From: an uncultured Chloroflexia bacterium
GTDB taxonomy: Bacteria; Chloroflexota; Dehalococcoidia; Dehalococcoidales; UBA2162
NCBI GenBank assembly: GCA_963735055.1
Contig: CAVTJN010000022.1
Span: forward strand, 2,703-66,702
Length of the DNA stretch: 64,000 bases
Direction of reading: 5' to 3'
The notes under the pieces: generated by a model
Told to the model about the DNA's origin: nothing
Seen by the model: only the letters and a program-made list of their open reading frames with translations
Database searches by the model: none
Part shown: one piece after another, positions 1 through 11,038 of the stretch
How the letters are laid out: every line of letters begins with the position of its first letter
Position numbering within the stretch: the stretch's first letter is position 1
Program-made: the position numbers and the translations under genes

Positions 1-126
1 GAGGGCCAGGCCGCTGAACACCGGCGTTACCGTCTCCGGGTTTTCGTGGGGCGTGGCTGCCAGCGCCGCCGTGGCGCCGGTCAGCAGCAGGGCGGCGCTG
101 CCGGCTATCGCCATCACTCTGATCAT
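1..126 (-). CDS. 5' end of a secreted/exported protein (partial, runs off the left edge)
   Basis: ATG at 126-124 followed by MIRVMAIAGSAALLLTGATAALAATPHENPETVTPVFSGLAL, which looks like a signal peptide. The frame stays open to position 1. It is truncated, so it is absent from the ORF track. Confidence 0.3.
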   Translation of the reverse strand, partial: MIRVMAIAGSAALLLTGATAALAATPHENPETVTPVFSGLAL

Positions 127-147
127 TAGCCAACGCCTGCCACCGCT

Positions 148-406
148 TCATGTTCCGGTCAGGATCTCCGCAACCTTGATCGCTACCACAACCATGAAAG
201 CGGCGAAAAGGACGACGCCGATGGCATTGAGCGCCGCCCGGGCGCGCGGGTTGAGGTACACCTGCAGCAGGGTTAATGGCCAGGAAGGCGATCACGTTCA
301 AAGTGAAATAGAGCGTGATGTCTTTCTGGCCGGCGAAGGCCAGGATGGCGTTGATGGCCGAGGCCGCCACCATCAGCCATATTATGTAGCGCCGGTACGT
401 GCTCAA
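148..406 (-). pseudogene. small ~85-aa three-helix membrane protein, split by one frameshift near 275
   Basis: A TTG at 406 overlaps the stop of the upstream gene (CTTGA). Frame A reads STYRRYIIWLMVAASAINAILAFAGQKDITLYFTLNVIAFLAI. Frame C continues TLLQVYLNPRARAALNAIGVVLFAAFMVVVAIKVAEILTGT* and stops at 148-150. Both halves are hydrophobic and join cleanly with a 1-nt shift. Confidence 0.3.
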
Positions 407-1140
407 GACAGCACCTCGAGCACGATGCGGCCCTTCCCCTTCTTGAAGGTCTCCTCTTTGATTCGGATCGCCTTGCCCAGCGCCTCGCTCGACACCGCGG
501 CCACGATTGAGGCAATCGGACTGCCCAGGCAGCGGTAGTACCAGGCGTCCTCGAAGTCGAGCCGGGCGCCGTCCACCTCGATCTCCACCCGGTCGGCGGC
601 CAGACTGACGTTGACCGCGCTGGCGATATCGAGCACCCCGATCAGCAGGTAGCTGGCCGCCTGCTGGATCTCGTCGCCGGTGGGTCCGGGTTTGGTTTCG
701 ATCATGCCCACGTTGATGCTGCCGGGCGTGGCCACCGCGATCGCCATGTCGCCCGGGTTGGCGCCGTACCGGACGATCAGCCGTCCCGGGATGTTCTCTT
801 TGAGCCATTGGACCGGCCGGTCGTCGCCGATCGGGATCAGCGCCTGCGGCCGGCCGCCCCGGCTGGCTGCGGGGAGATAGACCGCCTTGTTTTTCAAGCC
901 CAGTTCTTCAATCAGCGCCGATGTATTCTCCATCCCCGTTCTCAGGATCAGCTGGCAGGCCTCCGGCGAGAGATAGGGGCGGGTGTTGGCCAGCGCAATG
1001 CAGGCGAAGCCGATCATGATGGCGGACAGGCCCATGGCGGTGAGCGGTACCGAAGAGACAACGAAATAGGAGACCGGCGCGAATATGGCGCCGGCCACAC
1101 AAAGTGAAATCCCCAGTAACCGATACGGCCGGCCGCTCAA
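403..1140 (-). CDS. hypothetical membrane-anchored protein (two N-terminal TM helices plus a soluble domain)
   Basis: Intact 245-aa ORF with protein-like composition and a hydrophobic N-terminus (LLGISLCVAGAIFAPVSYFVV, LTAMGLSAIMIGFACIALA). I recognise no family motif. Confidence 0.55.
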   Translation of the reverse strand: MSGRPYRLLGISLCVAGAIFAPVSYFVVSSVPLTAMGLSAIMIGFACIALANTRPYLSPEACQLILRTGMENTSALIEELGLKNKAVYLPAASRGGRPQALIPIGDDRPVQWLKENIPGRLIVRYGANPGDMAIAVATPGSINVGMIETKPGPTGDEIQQAASYLLIGVLDIASAVNVSLAADRVEIEVDGARLDFEDAWYYRCLGSPIASIVAAVSSEALGKAIRIKEETFKKGKGRIVLEVLS

Positions 1141-1290
1141 CGTGACCCTCCAACCTCACCATTGGTCGACCAGACAGCGCAATCGAGGCAAGGGCAAGTC
1201 CGGGCGACGACAGGGACAATTCTACTGCCGGCCTTAGTTCGAGTCAATTGAGTATAATAGTACTCAACGTCGTGTACCGTTCCCCTGCCC

Positions 1291-1319
1291 TTGACCGTGT
1301 TCGCAGCATGACGTACTAT
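1291..1319 (+). promoter_or_regulatory. sigma70-like promoter candidate upstream of the glycan cluster
   Basis: TTGACC (1291-1296), exactly 17 nt of spacer, then TACTAT (1314-1319), in the 365-nt intergenic region before the GT2 gene. Confidence 0.4.
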
Positions 1320-1505
1320 GGGGCAACTGCAACTTGAGGTGCGCGGGACAAGGGGCGCCGGCGGGGCGCCGGAAATTGGGACAGACGCAAATCATGTGAG
1401 CATGGGACGCGGTCGTCTTTCGCGGCGCCGCGCCCGGTAAGAGGTTGGTAAGACGGGTCGTGTTAGGATCAAGGACGACATCAGTAAGGGGGAGGGTTAG
1501 GGAAG

Positions 1506-2312
1506 ATGCGCAAAGCCCCATCCGTTTCCAGGGGTGATCGCATTCTGGCACGCATCGAGGTTGACCAACCAGGTGGATTGCCAAAGCCTGCGGTCGGGAC
1601 TACTATCAGCGTTGTGATCCCCGCTTTGAACGAGAAAGAAGGTATTGCCCAGACAATCTCCAGCGTACCCATGGGCGAACTCGAGGAGATGGGGTACGGC
1701 GTTCAAGTCCTGGTGGTGGACAACGGCTCGACTGATGGCACGGCTGACTTGGCCATGAGGGCGGGGGCGGACGTGGTGTGCCAGCCGAAACGGGGATACG
1801 GGTCGGCGCTGAAGGCGGGGTTTGCTGAGGCCAGGGGCGACATCATTGTCACCGGCGACGCCGACGGCACGTACCCGCTTCACGACATCCCCCGGCTGGT
1901 CGGAGTGCTGGTAACTGAAAATCTCGATTTCTTGACTACAAATCGTTTCGCCCTGATGGACGAGGGGGCCATGTCCGGCCGCAACAGACTGGGTAATGCT
2001 GTCCTGAGTCTGGCAACAAGGGTGTTGTTTCGCATTGATCTCTTGGATTCGCAGTCCGGGATGTGGGTTTTCAGGAAGGTCCTGTTGAATCGGCTGTCGG
2101 TGGAATCGGATTCCATGGCCTTCTCGCAGGAGCTCAAAATAGAGGCCTGCTGCAGCTCAGGCTGCCGCTGGAAGGAAGTGCCCATTAACTACCGGCCTCG
2201 TCTGGGGAAGGTCAAGTTGAAGGTTTGGCGAGATGGGTTCGGCAACCTCTTCCAGTTGATCAGGAAGAGGGCTCGGTCCCGATTCACTATCGAGGGCCCC
2301 TCCGCAAATTGA
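1506..2312 (+). CDS. family 2 glycosyltransferase (Dpm1/GtrB-like)
   Basis: VVIPALNEKEGI, VLVVDNGSTDGTADLA and IIVTGDADGTYP (the DxD region) are typical GT2 features. The ORF is intact; the true start may be internal. Confidence 0.85.
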   Translation: MRKAPSVSRGDRILARIEVDQPGGLPKPAVGTTISVVIPALNEKEGIAQTISSVPMGELEEMGYGVQVLVVDNGSTDGTADLAMRAGADVVCQPKRGYGSALKAGFAEARGDIIVTGDADGTYPLHDIPRLVGVLVTENLDFLTTNRFALMDEGAMSGRNRLGNAVLSLATRVLFRIDLLDSQSGMWVFRKVLLNRLSVESDSMAFSQELKIEACCSSGCRWKEVPINYRPRLGKVKLKVWRDGFGNLFQLIRKRARSRFTIEGPSAN

Positions 2313-2383
2313 AATTACGGACGTTTCGAGACGGTCTTGCCAATATGGTCTACCTTCTCAGGAAGAGGACTAGACGTTAGAAA

Positions 2384-3220
2384 ATGCATGATCCGTATGT
2401 TTCGGTAGTGATCCCGACGCTGAACGCGGGAGGACTTGGTTGGTCGTTGCCTGGCAAGCCTCAATAGCCTGGAGTACCCGCGAGATAAGTTCGAAATCCT
2501 GATTATAGACGGCATGTCCACAGACCTCACGGCGGAAATCGCGCGTAAGCTGGGGGGCCAAAGTGGTGCCCAATCCAGGTATCAGAGTGGTGTCTGCGTG
2601 TAACCGCGGGTTAGAGGCAGCTCGTGGTCAATTGGTCGCATTCTCCGATGCCGATTGCGTGATGGGAAAGGGATGGCTTACAAATTGCGTCAAGTATTTC
2701 GGGGACGAAAGGGTTGCCGCAGTCGGGGGACCGAATCTTGTTCCCGCAGATGATAGTTCTTTCGCCAGGGCCACGGGTGTCATCTTCGATATGGCATTTG
2801 CCTGGGGAGGCGGCGCCCCGACGAGACAGTATTCGTGGGTTATTGAATCTCGGGCGCATGGCTCCAATGCAATCTATCGAACCAGCGCGCTGCGCGAAGT
2901 TATGCCGGTCGATGAAGCGATTCGGGAAGGCGAGGACGTTGTCATGAACGCAGCTCTTGAGCGGCTCGGGTACAAGCTGTTATATGTTCCCGATGTTGTG
3001 GTCTACCACTATCGCCGCACCACTCCGCGGTAGGTGGTGGCGCCAGATGCGTACATACGGATTGGCAAAAGTCATAATGCACCGGAAGATGAAGGGGACT
3101 GTAACCCCCGTTCAGGCTTTGCTGGGTATGAGTATTCCAATCGTGGTGGTCGGGGGGGCGGCTCTGGCAATATTTGATGTAGGTCTTGCCGCGTGGGGGT
3201 TGCTGGGACTCTTGTGGTAG
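2384..3220 (+). pseudogene. family 2 glycosyltransferase, disrupted by about 3 frameshifts
   Basis: ATG at 2384 gives MHDPYVSVVIPTLNAGG. After a shift near 2440 it reads LVGRCLASLNSLEYPRDKFEILIIDGMSTDLTAEIARKLGG. After a shift at the G6 run (2553-2558) it reads KVVPNPGIRVVSACNRGLEAARGQLVAFSDADC...VVYHYRR. After a shift near 3030 it reads RWWRQMRTYGLAKV plus a C-terminal TM segment ending at 3220. Confidence 0.7.
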
Positions 3221-3380
3221 GTACAATTGGGTCATTTCTCCTGGGTTTGGCCAAGTCGAAGTGCCTTGGGTGTGGCTGTTAGGATGCCCGTGGCAGTCGC
3301 GATGATGCCGACAGCCTGGTCATGGGGATTCCTGGGAGAGCTACTGAGGGGGAAGCGGTGAGGGCAGGAGAAGGTCGAGA

Positions 3381-4793
3381 ATGAGAGTCTTGTTGCTGGC
3401 TCCTCCGTTTGTCCCCAGATTCATGCGCAATGCGCGCTGGGACGTCATTGGCATTGGTGGTAGTGACTGGTACCCCATCTACCTGGGCTATTGCACGGGT
3501 TTGCTGGAGAGAGAGGGGCATCAAACGAAGCTTCTCGATGCGCAGGTAGACAATCTAACTCATGAGGAGACCTATTCGGCGGTCCGAAGCTTCGGGCCCG
3601 ATCTCACTGTCGTCTACTTTTCGTGGAAGAGCATGGACAATGACGGATGGCTGCCCAGAAGATAAAGGATCTTACCGGTAGCAGGATCATGTTTGTCGGC
3701 CCTTCAGCTTCGATCAGTCTCAGAAGCGGTACTGGAAAGATCGCCTGCCGTGGATTGCCTGGCTAGGGGCGAGTTCGATTTTGCTGTCTTGGAACTGGCC
3801 AACAAAGTCTCCCCCAATATGGTCAGAGGACTGGTCTGGAGAGACCCTGCGGGCAGAACATGCTCGAACCCGGAAAGACCCCCGGTGACTTCTGATGAAC
3901 TCGATAAGCTCCCTTTCATAAGTGATGTCTACAGGCGTCACCTTAATATCAACAACTATCATCAGACGGGTCACCAGCATCCTTTTGTCGACATGTTTAC
4001 TGGCAGGGGGTGTTCTTGGGGGCGATGCACTTTCTGCCTCTGGCCGGCTACCATCAACAAGGGTGGCACTTATCGCACGAGGAAGATTGAAGGCGTCATC
4101 GAAGAATTCAGATTCATTCGCTCAGAGATGCCCTACATCAAGGAAATATTTCTCCAGGACGACACTCTGCCGAAGGAGCGGGCCATCGAGCTTTCGGAGG
4201 CCATAATTGCCGCCGGGCTAATGGTATGCTGGAGTTGCTATTCCAGGGCCAACCTGGACCTGGCCACATTGAAGCTGATGAAGAAGGCAGGGTGCCGGAC
4301 CATGCACGTCGGATTTGAAAGCTCGAATCCCGAGCTGCTCAAGTTGATGAAGAAGGGGGTCAGCGCCGCCGGAATGGAGGAATTTGCCCGCAACGCCAAT
4401 AAGGCAGGCTTATATATAGTAGCTGATTTCCTGACGGGTCTCCCTGGTGAGACGGTGGAAACGATCAAGGCAACTGCGGCATGGGCGCGTAAACTCCCTG
4501 TCCAACGCTACACATTCAGCTTGCCCAAGCCGTATCCCGAAACTCCCCTCTATCTATGGCTCCAGGAACACAATTCTATCAAAGACGGGCACCCCAATTA
4601 CCCCGGCCTATCGGCTGAGGATATTTATGAATGGAACAAGTGGTCTTACCGTCAGGTCTACATGAGCCCCGATTACTTCTTCCGGATGCTGACGAAGCCC
4701 AGAGAATGGGACCGCATTGCGAGGTCCGCGGTCCACGCTCTTCCTTACTTTCTGAACAAAGAACCGAGCGACTTTCGGAACCTTGAATGGTGA
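3381..4793 (+). pseudogene. B12-binding-domain radical SAM enzyme, interrupted by a compensating frameshift pair
   Basis: The N-terminus MRVLLLAPPF...WYPIYLGYCTGLLEREGHQTKLLDAQ looks like a B12-binding domain. The radical SAM cluster is FTGRGCSWGRCTFCLWP. ORFs 3381-3665 and 3693-4793 share a frame, but residues between ~3645 and ~3715 read sensibly only in the +1 frame (MAAQKIKDLTGSRIMFVGPSASIS). Confidence 0.75.
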
Positions 4794-4819
4794 TCTTCGG
4801 GCGGTGACTTGAGGACCCG

Positions 4820-5414
4820 ATGAATTACATTTCCAGGTGCGAAGTCGAAATGGACCCCGAAGCCCCCCATGGGCAGAGGCGAGTGGCTCTTACGCTATCA
4901 TTGCTTAGGACCTACGGAGTGAGGGCCAAATCGCTGACTTGACATAGGCTGTTCGGACGGCACATATACGGTAAGGATCGGCCAAGCTATCGGCGCGACC
5001 GATATTTACGGGATCGATCTAAGCGAGGATGCCCTAGAGAGAGCGCGTTCTCGTGGCATTCGGACCATTCGACTGGATGTTGACGGGACCATATTACCTT
5101 TTGGAGATGACCAAATCGATTTCATTTACTGTTCTGAGGTCATTGAGCACGTCTCTAACACCGATATGCTCATAGGCGAGATACGGAGGGTATTGAAGCC
5201 AAGAGGTTTTCTCGTCATCATGCACGCCCAATTTGGCATCTTGGGTCAACCGGGCAGTATTACTTATGGGATGGCAACCGATATACACAGAGGTCAGCTA
5301 CTTAAAGTACTTCGGATCGCCGTTTGGATACAGCCGTGGCCATCCAGTGGGGCACGTACGGCTTTTACACTTGGGGCTCTCGACGAATTCTTGACTGACA
5401 ACGGCTTGTCCTGA
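4820..5414 (+). pseudogene. class I SAM-dependent methyltransferase, at least 3 frameshifts
   Basis: LDIGCSDGTYTVRIG (motif I) and DFIYCSEVIEHVSNTDMLIGEIRRVLKPRGFLVI. Between ~5215 and ~5360 only an alternate frame is protein-like (TPNLASWVNRAVLLMGWQPIYTEVSYLKYFGSPFGYSRGHPVGHVRLF). It then returns to TLGALDEFLTDNGLS*. Confidence 0.6.
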
Positions 5415-5568
5415 CGAGAACCAAGGGGTGTGCTGCGTTGGAACACCCACTCCTTAGAGGTTTGGACTCAGTGTTGTCTTCGGTGTGTCCTGGTTTGGCG
5501 ACGGGTTTGCTCTGCCTTTGCCGGAAGAGGGCGAGTCGCCTGAGACATAGATTCGGTTTAGTCGATCT

Positions 5569-6723
5569 ATGAAGATTCTGATTGGCAGTGACCTGTTCTA
5601 CCCAATTCTTTACACGGGTGGCGAAGTACATACCTTCAATGTCGCCCGCTGGCTCGTTAAATTCGGCCACGAGGTCACGGTCATTGCGGCTAAGACTGCC
5701 TTCAACGCTGAAGATATTGCCGGTCTGAAAGACCAAGAGACTGTGGACGGTGTGACAATTATCAGGACTCAAACTCCCTACAATCGTTCGGCTCTGTTCT
5801 AAGCTCAGTTGCTTCGATGAGAGAGATGTATTCGCTGGTAAAACATCGTATTATGCGAGGCGAGGCAGACGTGATTTTGGCGGTTAAGCCGCGAACATAC
5901 CTACCGTTTTTCCTGGCAGCCCACGGGAAGGTCCCATGTGTTGCGCTCATCCACGACCTGTACACAAGGCGGTTTGTTGGCTGGGCAGGCTGGGCCTTGC
6001 AGACCTTCACGCTACGGCTGCGGTATGATCACATCCTGACTGTTTCGGACAGCGTCAAACAAAGACTATCAAAACACTTCCCTTCCGAACGGGTGAGTGT
6101 AGTCTACAATGGGATCAATTTGGATGATGTGGACTCCGTGACAGCAGAGCCCAAGAAAGCCAGCCAGGTTGTGTTTGTAGGGAACCTACAGCCCCACAAG
6201 AACATTATGGATGCCATCAGGGCTATCGAAGTGGCCCACGAGCAGATCAAGGGGATCGAACTCGATCATCGTCAGTACCGGAGGTCCTGAGGAGCCTCTG
6301 GTGAAAGCCGTATGTAAAGAGAAGCCGTTCATTAAGTATGTTGGCAGGGTTTCTGATTCTGAAAAGTTACGCTTGTTGAAGGAATCCTCTTTGCTTGTCC
6401 TACCGAGTTCGGCTGAAGGCTTCGGACTTGTGTTAATCGAGTCGCTGAGTTGTGGCACGCCCTTTGTGGCGTACGACATCCCCGCGGTGCGGGAAGTCTC
6501 CAATCTTACCAGGGGCGGGGTCTTGGTGTCTCATCGGGATTGGAATGCACTGGCACGCCAGATTGTCTCGTTGCTTAGAGATGTCCCAAGGGCATCAGGG
6601 CTCGCGAAAGACGGTCGCAGATATGTTGAGGACAACTTTACCTGGGAGCTAGTGGCGATGCGTCAACAGGAAGTGCTCCAGAGGTTGTCTCGACGGACGA
6701 GCGGCGAGAGGTCGCGAAGCTGA
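5569..6723 (+). pseudogene. GT4-family (GT-B fold) glycosyltransferase, split into three frames
   Basis: MKILIGSDLFYPILYTGGEVHTFNVARWLVKFGHEV at the N-terminus. The C-terminal half carries LLVLPSSAEGFGLVLIESLSCGTPFVAYDIP (the EX7E region). The fragments 5569-5802, 5817-6290 and 6211-6723 lie in different frames. Confidence 0.75.
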
Positions 6724-6729
6724 CACCGT

Positions 6730-8939
6730 ATGGCGATTAACGATTGGCCAATGGGTAGGTTCCTGACGCTGGTGATTTCGATCCAGTTGGCCGTATTGCT
6801 GGTGGTTGGAGCCGGGGCTATGGGCTTCCATCTGGCAGTTATCCACCAAGCGATTGCCTTTGCGTACCTGGGTTTCGTCCCTGGGTTTACACTTTTGCGA
6901 GTACTGAGGGTACACTCTTTGCCGTGGCGAGAGTCGTTGCCGTATGCGGTTGGTTTGAGCACGATGTGGGTGATGCTTATCGGGCTCATGACCAACATAC
7001 TGGGCCATAATATTGGCATTAAGGCGCCCCTATCCTTGTGGCCAGCGACACTCAGCGTGGTCGGCTGCACATTGCTACTGGCATGGTTCGCCTATTGGAG
7101 GGATCGCGGGTTTGTCCCTTCCGCCCAGACTAGGCAATCGGCAGTTCCGTTGTATGTGGTCCTAGGGTTGGTATTGCTTCCTATCTTCAGTGTCCTTGGC
7201 ATCGAGAGCGTTAATTATCTCCATAACGACTCTCTTCTCCTCGTAAATATCCTACTGATCGGTCTGGTCGCGCTAGCGATCGCTTTCAATAAGCTCATCC
7301 CATCGGCGCTGATTCCCTTGGCCGTACTTGCCGTCAGCGCTATCCCTGCTTTTTTCTATGTCGCTTCTGTCTTCTTATGTGCTGGGCAGCGACGTTGCTC
7401 ACGAGCTATATCTAGCAAGAATTACCCAAGCGGGATCATATTGGAACCCCGGGGTGACTCCGGACAACTATAATGCGATGCTTTCTGTCACCATCCTACC
7501 AACCCTATATTCGAACTTTCTGGATATCGACATCAATTGGGTCTTCAAGATATTTTACCCCGTCCTGTTTTCTGTAACCGCCCTAGCGCTTTATGACATC
7601 TACAGGAATGAGCTCGGCGAAAGGTTTGCTTGGCTCTCCACGTTCTTCTTCATGGCGATACCTGTCTTTTACACAGTGATGACCAGTCTGATGAAACAAC
7701 CGATAGCCGAGATATTCATGGCTCTTACTATGTTGGCGATGCTCAGCAAGAACCTTGGGCCGACGCCGAAGTTGATTATGATGATGGGCTTTGGTTTCTC
7801 AATGGTCGTGTCGCATTACGCCATATCCTACATATTCATGTTCATTCTTCTCGTCGCTTTTCTGGTCCAGCAGGCTCTAAAGATTCTTCGGAAGAGAGAC
7901 CTGAGCATTCCCGGCACATCGGTCATGTTTCTGCCGCTGTTTGTTCTGATGAGTCTGGCATGGTATATGATCGCGCTGGAGCATCGCCATTTAACACGCT
8001 GGTGAGTACTGGGCAACATGTCTATTTCTCCCTCCTTGGCGGGGCCTCGATGGAGGGTAGTGATCCACTGATTCTTCGGCTTTTCGGCCTGGGCCGGATG
8101 CCTGCCGCATTCGATGAGGTGCAAAGGTATCTGTTCTTGCTGACCCAAGTTCTCATAGCGGTTGGCTTTGCCCACGAAGGGATATCCACGGATGCGGAAA
8201 AGGGCCACACGGCTGAGCGCCCCCTATTTCGCCCTCACAGTTCCGGCTATGGGCATGATTCTCGCGGCAATTATTGTTCCGGCAGTGTCAGCGTCGTGGA
8301 ACATGACTCGGATTTACCACGTCGCCCTTTTTTCCCTTTCACCACTTGCCGTGATCGGCGGCGACCAGGTCTTGAAATGGGCTGAGGCCTCCTGATCCCC
8401 GTGGGAGGTTGCGTCTAAGTCAGGTCTCAGTGCTGGGGATCGTTGCTTCAGTTGTAGTTCTGCCGTACTTTGTGGTCAATACTGGGTTTATGCATGAAAT
8501 TACCCGCGAGGTACCCAGTTCGATTTCGCTGGGAATAGACCGGATGTTAGCGGACAAACGGGCTGACCCATCACGAGCGGGCTATGGACTATATGTACAT
8601 AGGGAGGAGGTGGCCAGCGCTCAATGGATAGCGGCCCATATGAGTACTGGCGGGGACTCCAAGATATTCACTGACCAAATGTACATAGTAGGCAATATTC
8701 CGCTCGTGGCATACGCTGGTGTTCCGAGCACTAGAATATTTGGTTTGCCTCCTAAAGATGTCACGATGACAAGCCACGACTACATCTATTACGGCTACAT
8801 GCCGACAGTCGAGCACCGGCTAAAAGTGATTCCACCTGATTCGCAGGTTATCGAAACCATGCCTGAATTGGATCTACGCTCATTGACCGGAACCATGAGT
8901 AGAATCTACTCGAATGGAGCAAGCGAGATTTACCGGTAG
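6730..8939 (+). pseudogene. large polytopic membrane protein, DUF2206-like (archaeal-type envelope protein), about 4 frameshifts
   Basis: Five consecutive same-strand ORF fragments (6730-7473, 7328-8005, 7630-8385, 8162-8395, 8409-8939) join into one protein of about 730 aa. It has many TM helices and a soluble C-terminal domain. The family assignment is from memory of archaeal DUF2206 proteins. Confidence 0.55.
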
Positions 8940-9072
8940 ATCATCGCGAGATTCGGCGGGATCGCGTTTGCGAGCGTCGAGCATTGGTTGGATGGTCAAC
9001 CAGATCAGATTTATGAGCTTAACTGTGAGCGCTTGTGGGGAGACGTCACACCGAAACCCGGCGCAGTGATAC

Positions 9073-9843
9073 ATGAGAAATCGAAGCATCGCTCAAGTGA
9101 CCGTTCGACTGAAGTCGGCAATCAAGCCCTTCCTGCCCTGGTGCATTGTGAGGCTGTCCAGCAGATCGCAGGCGAGAAGGCTGCGCAGAGGAAATGCCGC
9201 GAAATCGCTGGCACAGGTTTTTGGCACAGCCTACCGGTTGAATGAATGGGGTGGCACTCCGGGGCAGTACTTTTCCGGATCCGGCTCGGCTGATCCGTCG
9301 GTACTCGAATACGCCAGAACTATTAGAGGGTTCATAGCGAGCCATAACATAACGACCGTGGTGGATCTAGGCTGTGGAGATTTCAGGGTTGGAAATCAGA
9401 TACAGACTCCGGGGGTGAGATATATAGGCGTTGACATTGTCCGGGACTTGGTGGAACGCAATCAAGCGCTGTACGGAACCGACAACAGGACGTTCAGGTG
9501 CATCGATATTTGCAAAGATGAGTTGCCTCGAGGCGAACTATGTCTCATTAGGCAAGTGCTGCAACATTTGTCCAATGAGGAGATTAAGCAGATATTGCAG
9601 AATGTGAGAGCATTCAGGTACGTCATTGTTACGGAACACTATCTACCCACTCGGATGGCCGTGGTCTATAATCGGGACAAGCCGCATGGTGCGGACACGA
9701 GACTCTGCGATAGGTCTGGCGTCTATCTTGATCGGCCCCCATTCAGCATACCTGTGAAACAAGTGTTGCTTGACACGGAGTTGAGGATCCCTCAGTTATA
9801 CAAGGGAGAGAGACTGACTACGTTCCTCATTGAGGGTGAGTAG
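9073..9843 (+). CDS. class I SAM-dependent methyltransferase
   Basis: VVDLGCGDFRVG (motif I), RYIGVDIV, LIRQVLQHL. The ORF is intact; the start is uncertain. Confidence 0.7.
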   Translation: MRNRSIAQVTVRLKSAIKPFLPWCIVRLSSRSQARRLRRGNAAKSLAQVFGTAYRLNEWGGTPGQYFSGSGSADPSVLEYARTIRGFIASHNITTVVDLGCGDFRVGNQIQTPGVRYIGVDIVRDLVERNQALYGTDNRTFRCIDICKDELPRGELCLIRQVLQHLSNEEIKQILQNVRAFRYVIVTEHYLPTRMAVVYNRDKPHGADTRLCDRSGVYLDRPPFSIPVKQVLLDTELRIPQLYKGERLTTFLIEGE

Positions 9844-9895
9844 ACGAATGAAGCACGCGGCCCAATGTAGTGATCAATCACATTTCCGAAGTTGA

Positions 9896-10735
9896 TTGAC
9901 CTCTACCACGGACTTTGAAGGAAAAGCGAAAAACAAGATGTATAAGCGTCTCTGGGAGCGGAGCGGCGACTACACGCGGTACACGGACTATACAGATGTT
10001 ACCAGCCTCAAAAAGCTAGATTTCATCATGAAATGCTTATGGAAATGCGCTGAGGAGCGGAAAAGCGTACTCAGAGTCCTTGACTTGGGGTGCGGCTCCG
10101 GAAGCGTATCATTCCCCGCAGGCAGTTGCGGGTTCGACGTCACAGCGTTGGATGTGAATTCTTCGTTAATAGCCTCGTGCCGAAAGAGGAACAAGTTCTC
10201 AAATATCAATTTCGTATTGTGTGATGCGGAGTCGCTCGATCTGTCTGCAAAGTTTGACGCGATAATATGTTCAGAAGTACTTGAGCACGTAAGCAAACCA
10301 GAATCATTGGTTGCAGTCATTGATGAGCATCTTGATGAAGGTGGCGTGCTGATCTTGACGATCCCGAACGGATACAGCCTGTTGGAGTTGTTGGTCAGCA
10401 GACTCCTCAGCAAGGGAGGCAAGTCTCTGCGGACATTTGAGGCGCTAAGCAGACCATTCTATAGATTCGTCACTGGGGCTTCAGATTCATGTCCCTTTTC
10501 TTCGCCTACCCCGCATGTACAGTTCTTCTCTACTTGGAAGATTAACAGGTTACTCGCTAAGCACGGGTTTGTGATCGAAGAAATTCGCAATTCCAATCTG
10601 GGATTGTTCATACCTGGGGCAGGCAGAACAAGATGGCTGAAATCCACGGAGTGTAAAGTGGCTGATATTCTTCCACATCGTCTTGCCGGAGGTTGGTTCC
10701 TCCGGATTACCAAGGGCCCCGGAACGAGCTTGTGA
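9896..10735 (+). CDS. class I SAM-dependent methyltransferase (type 11/12-like)
   Basis: VLDLGCGSGSVSF, DVTALDVN, FDAIICSEVLEHV, GGVLILTIPN. Intact. The start is TTG at 9896 or ATG near 9938. Confidence 0.8.
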   Translation: MTSTTDFEGKAKNKMYKRLWERSGDYTRYTDYTDVTSLKKLDFIMKCLWKCAEERKSVLRVLDLGCGSGSVSFPAGSCGFDVTALDVNSSLIASCRKRNKFSNINFVLCDAESLDLSAKFDAIICSEVLEHVSKPESLVAVIDEHLDEGGVLILTIPNGYSLLELLVSRLLSKGGKSLRTFEALSRPFYRFVTGASDSCPFSSPTPHVQFFSTWKINRLLAKHGFVIEEIRNSNLGLFIPGAGRTRWLKSTECKVADILPHRLAGGWFLRITKGPGTSL

Positions 10736-11038
10736 ACGCAATGTGCGAATCCTTAGAGGATGATAAGATGGCATTTCCTTTGTGCCTAGGTCACCAGGCA
10801 CGGTCGATTGACAATGGCTCAGCCGAAATGAAGTGAGTTGTTCAATCACCCTCGATGCAATAATGGCTTAATGGTGGCGACATACTGAGTCCATTTTCTG
10901 CACGGCTTCTTTTCGCATAGTTTCGAACAAGATTACTACCGAGATTTGTGAGCCCCTCCCGAACTTGGTTCGGTCTCGGGTTTGAAGCAGAGGATTCAGT
11001 TCCCGCGTTCTTTCAGGATTCGCCGCAACCCGTTTGTC

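Noticed and set aside
53-538. ORFs 53-538 (plus) and 273-515 (minus) at the left edge.
   Set aside because: They are Ala/Arg-rich alternate-frame products. The minus-strand membrane-protein frames (148-406 and 403-1140) explain this DNA better.
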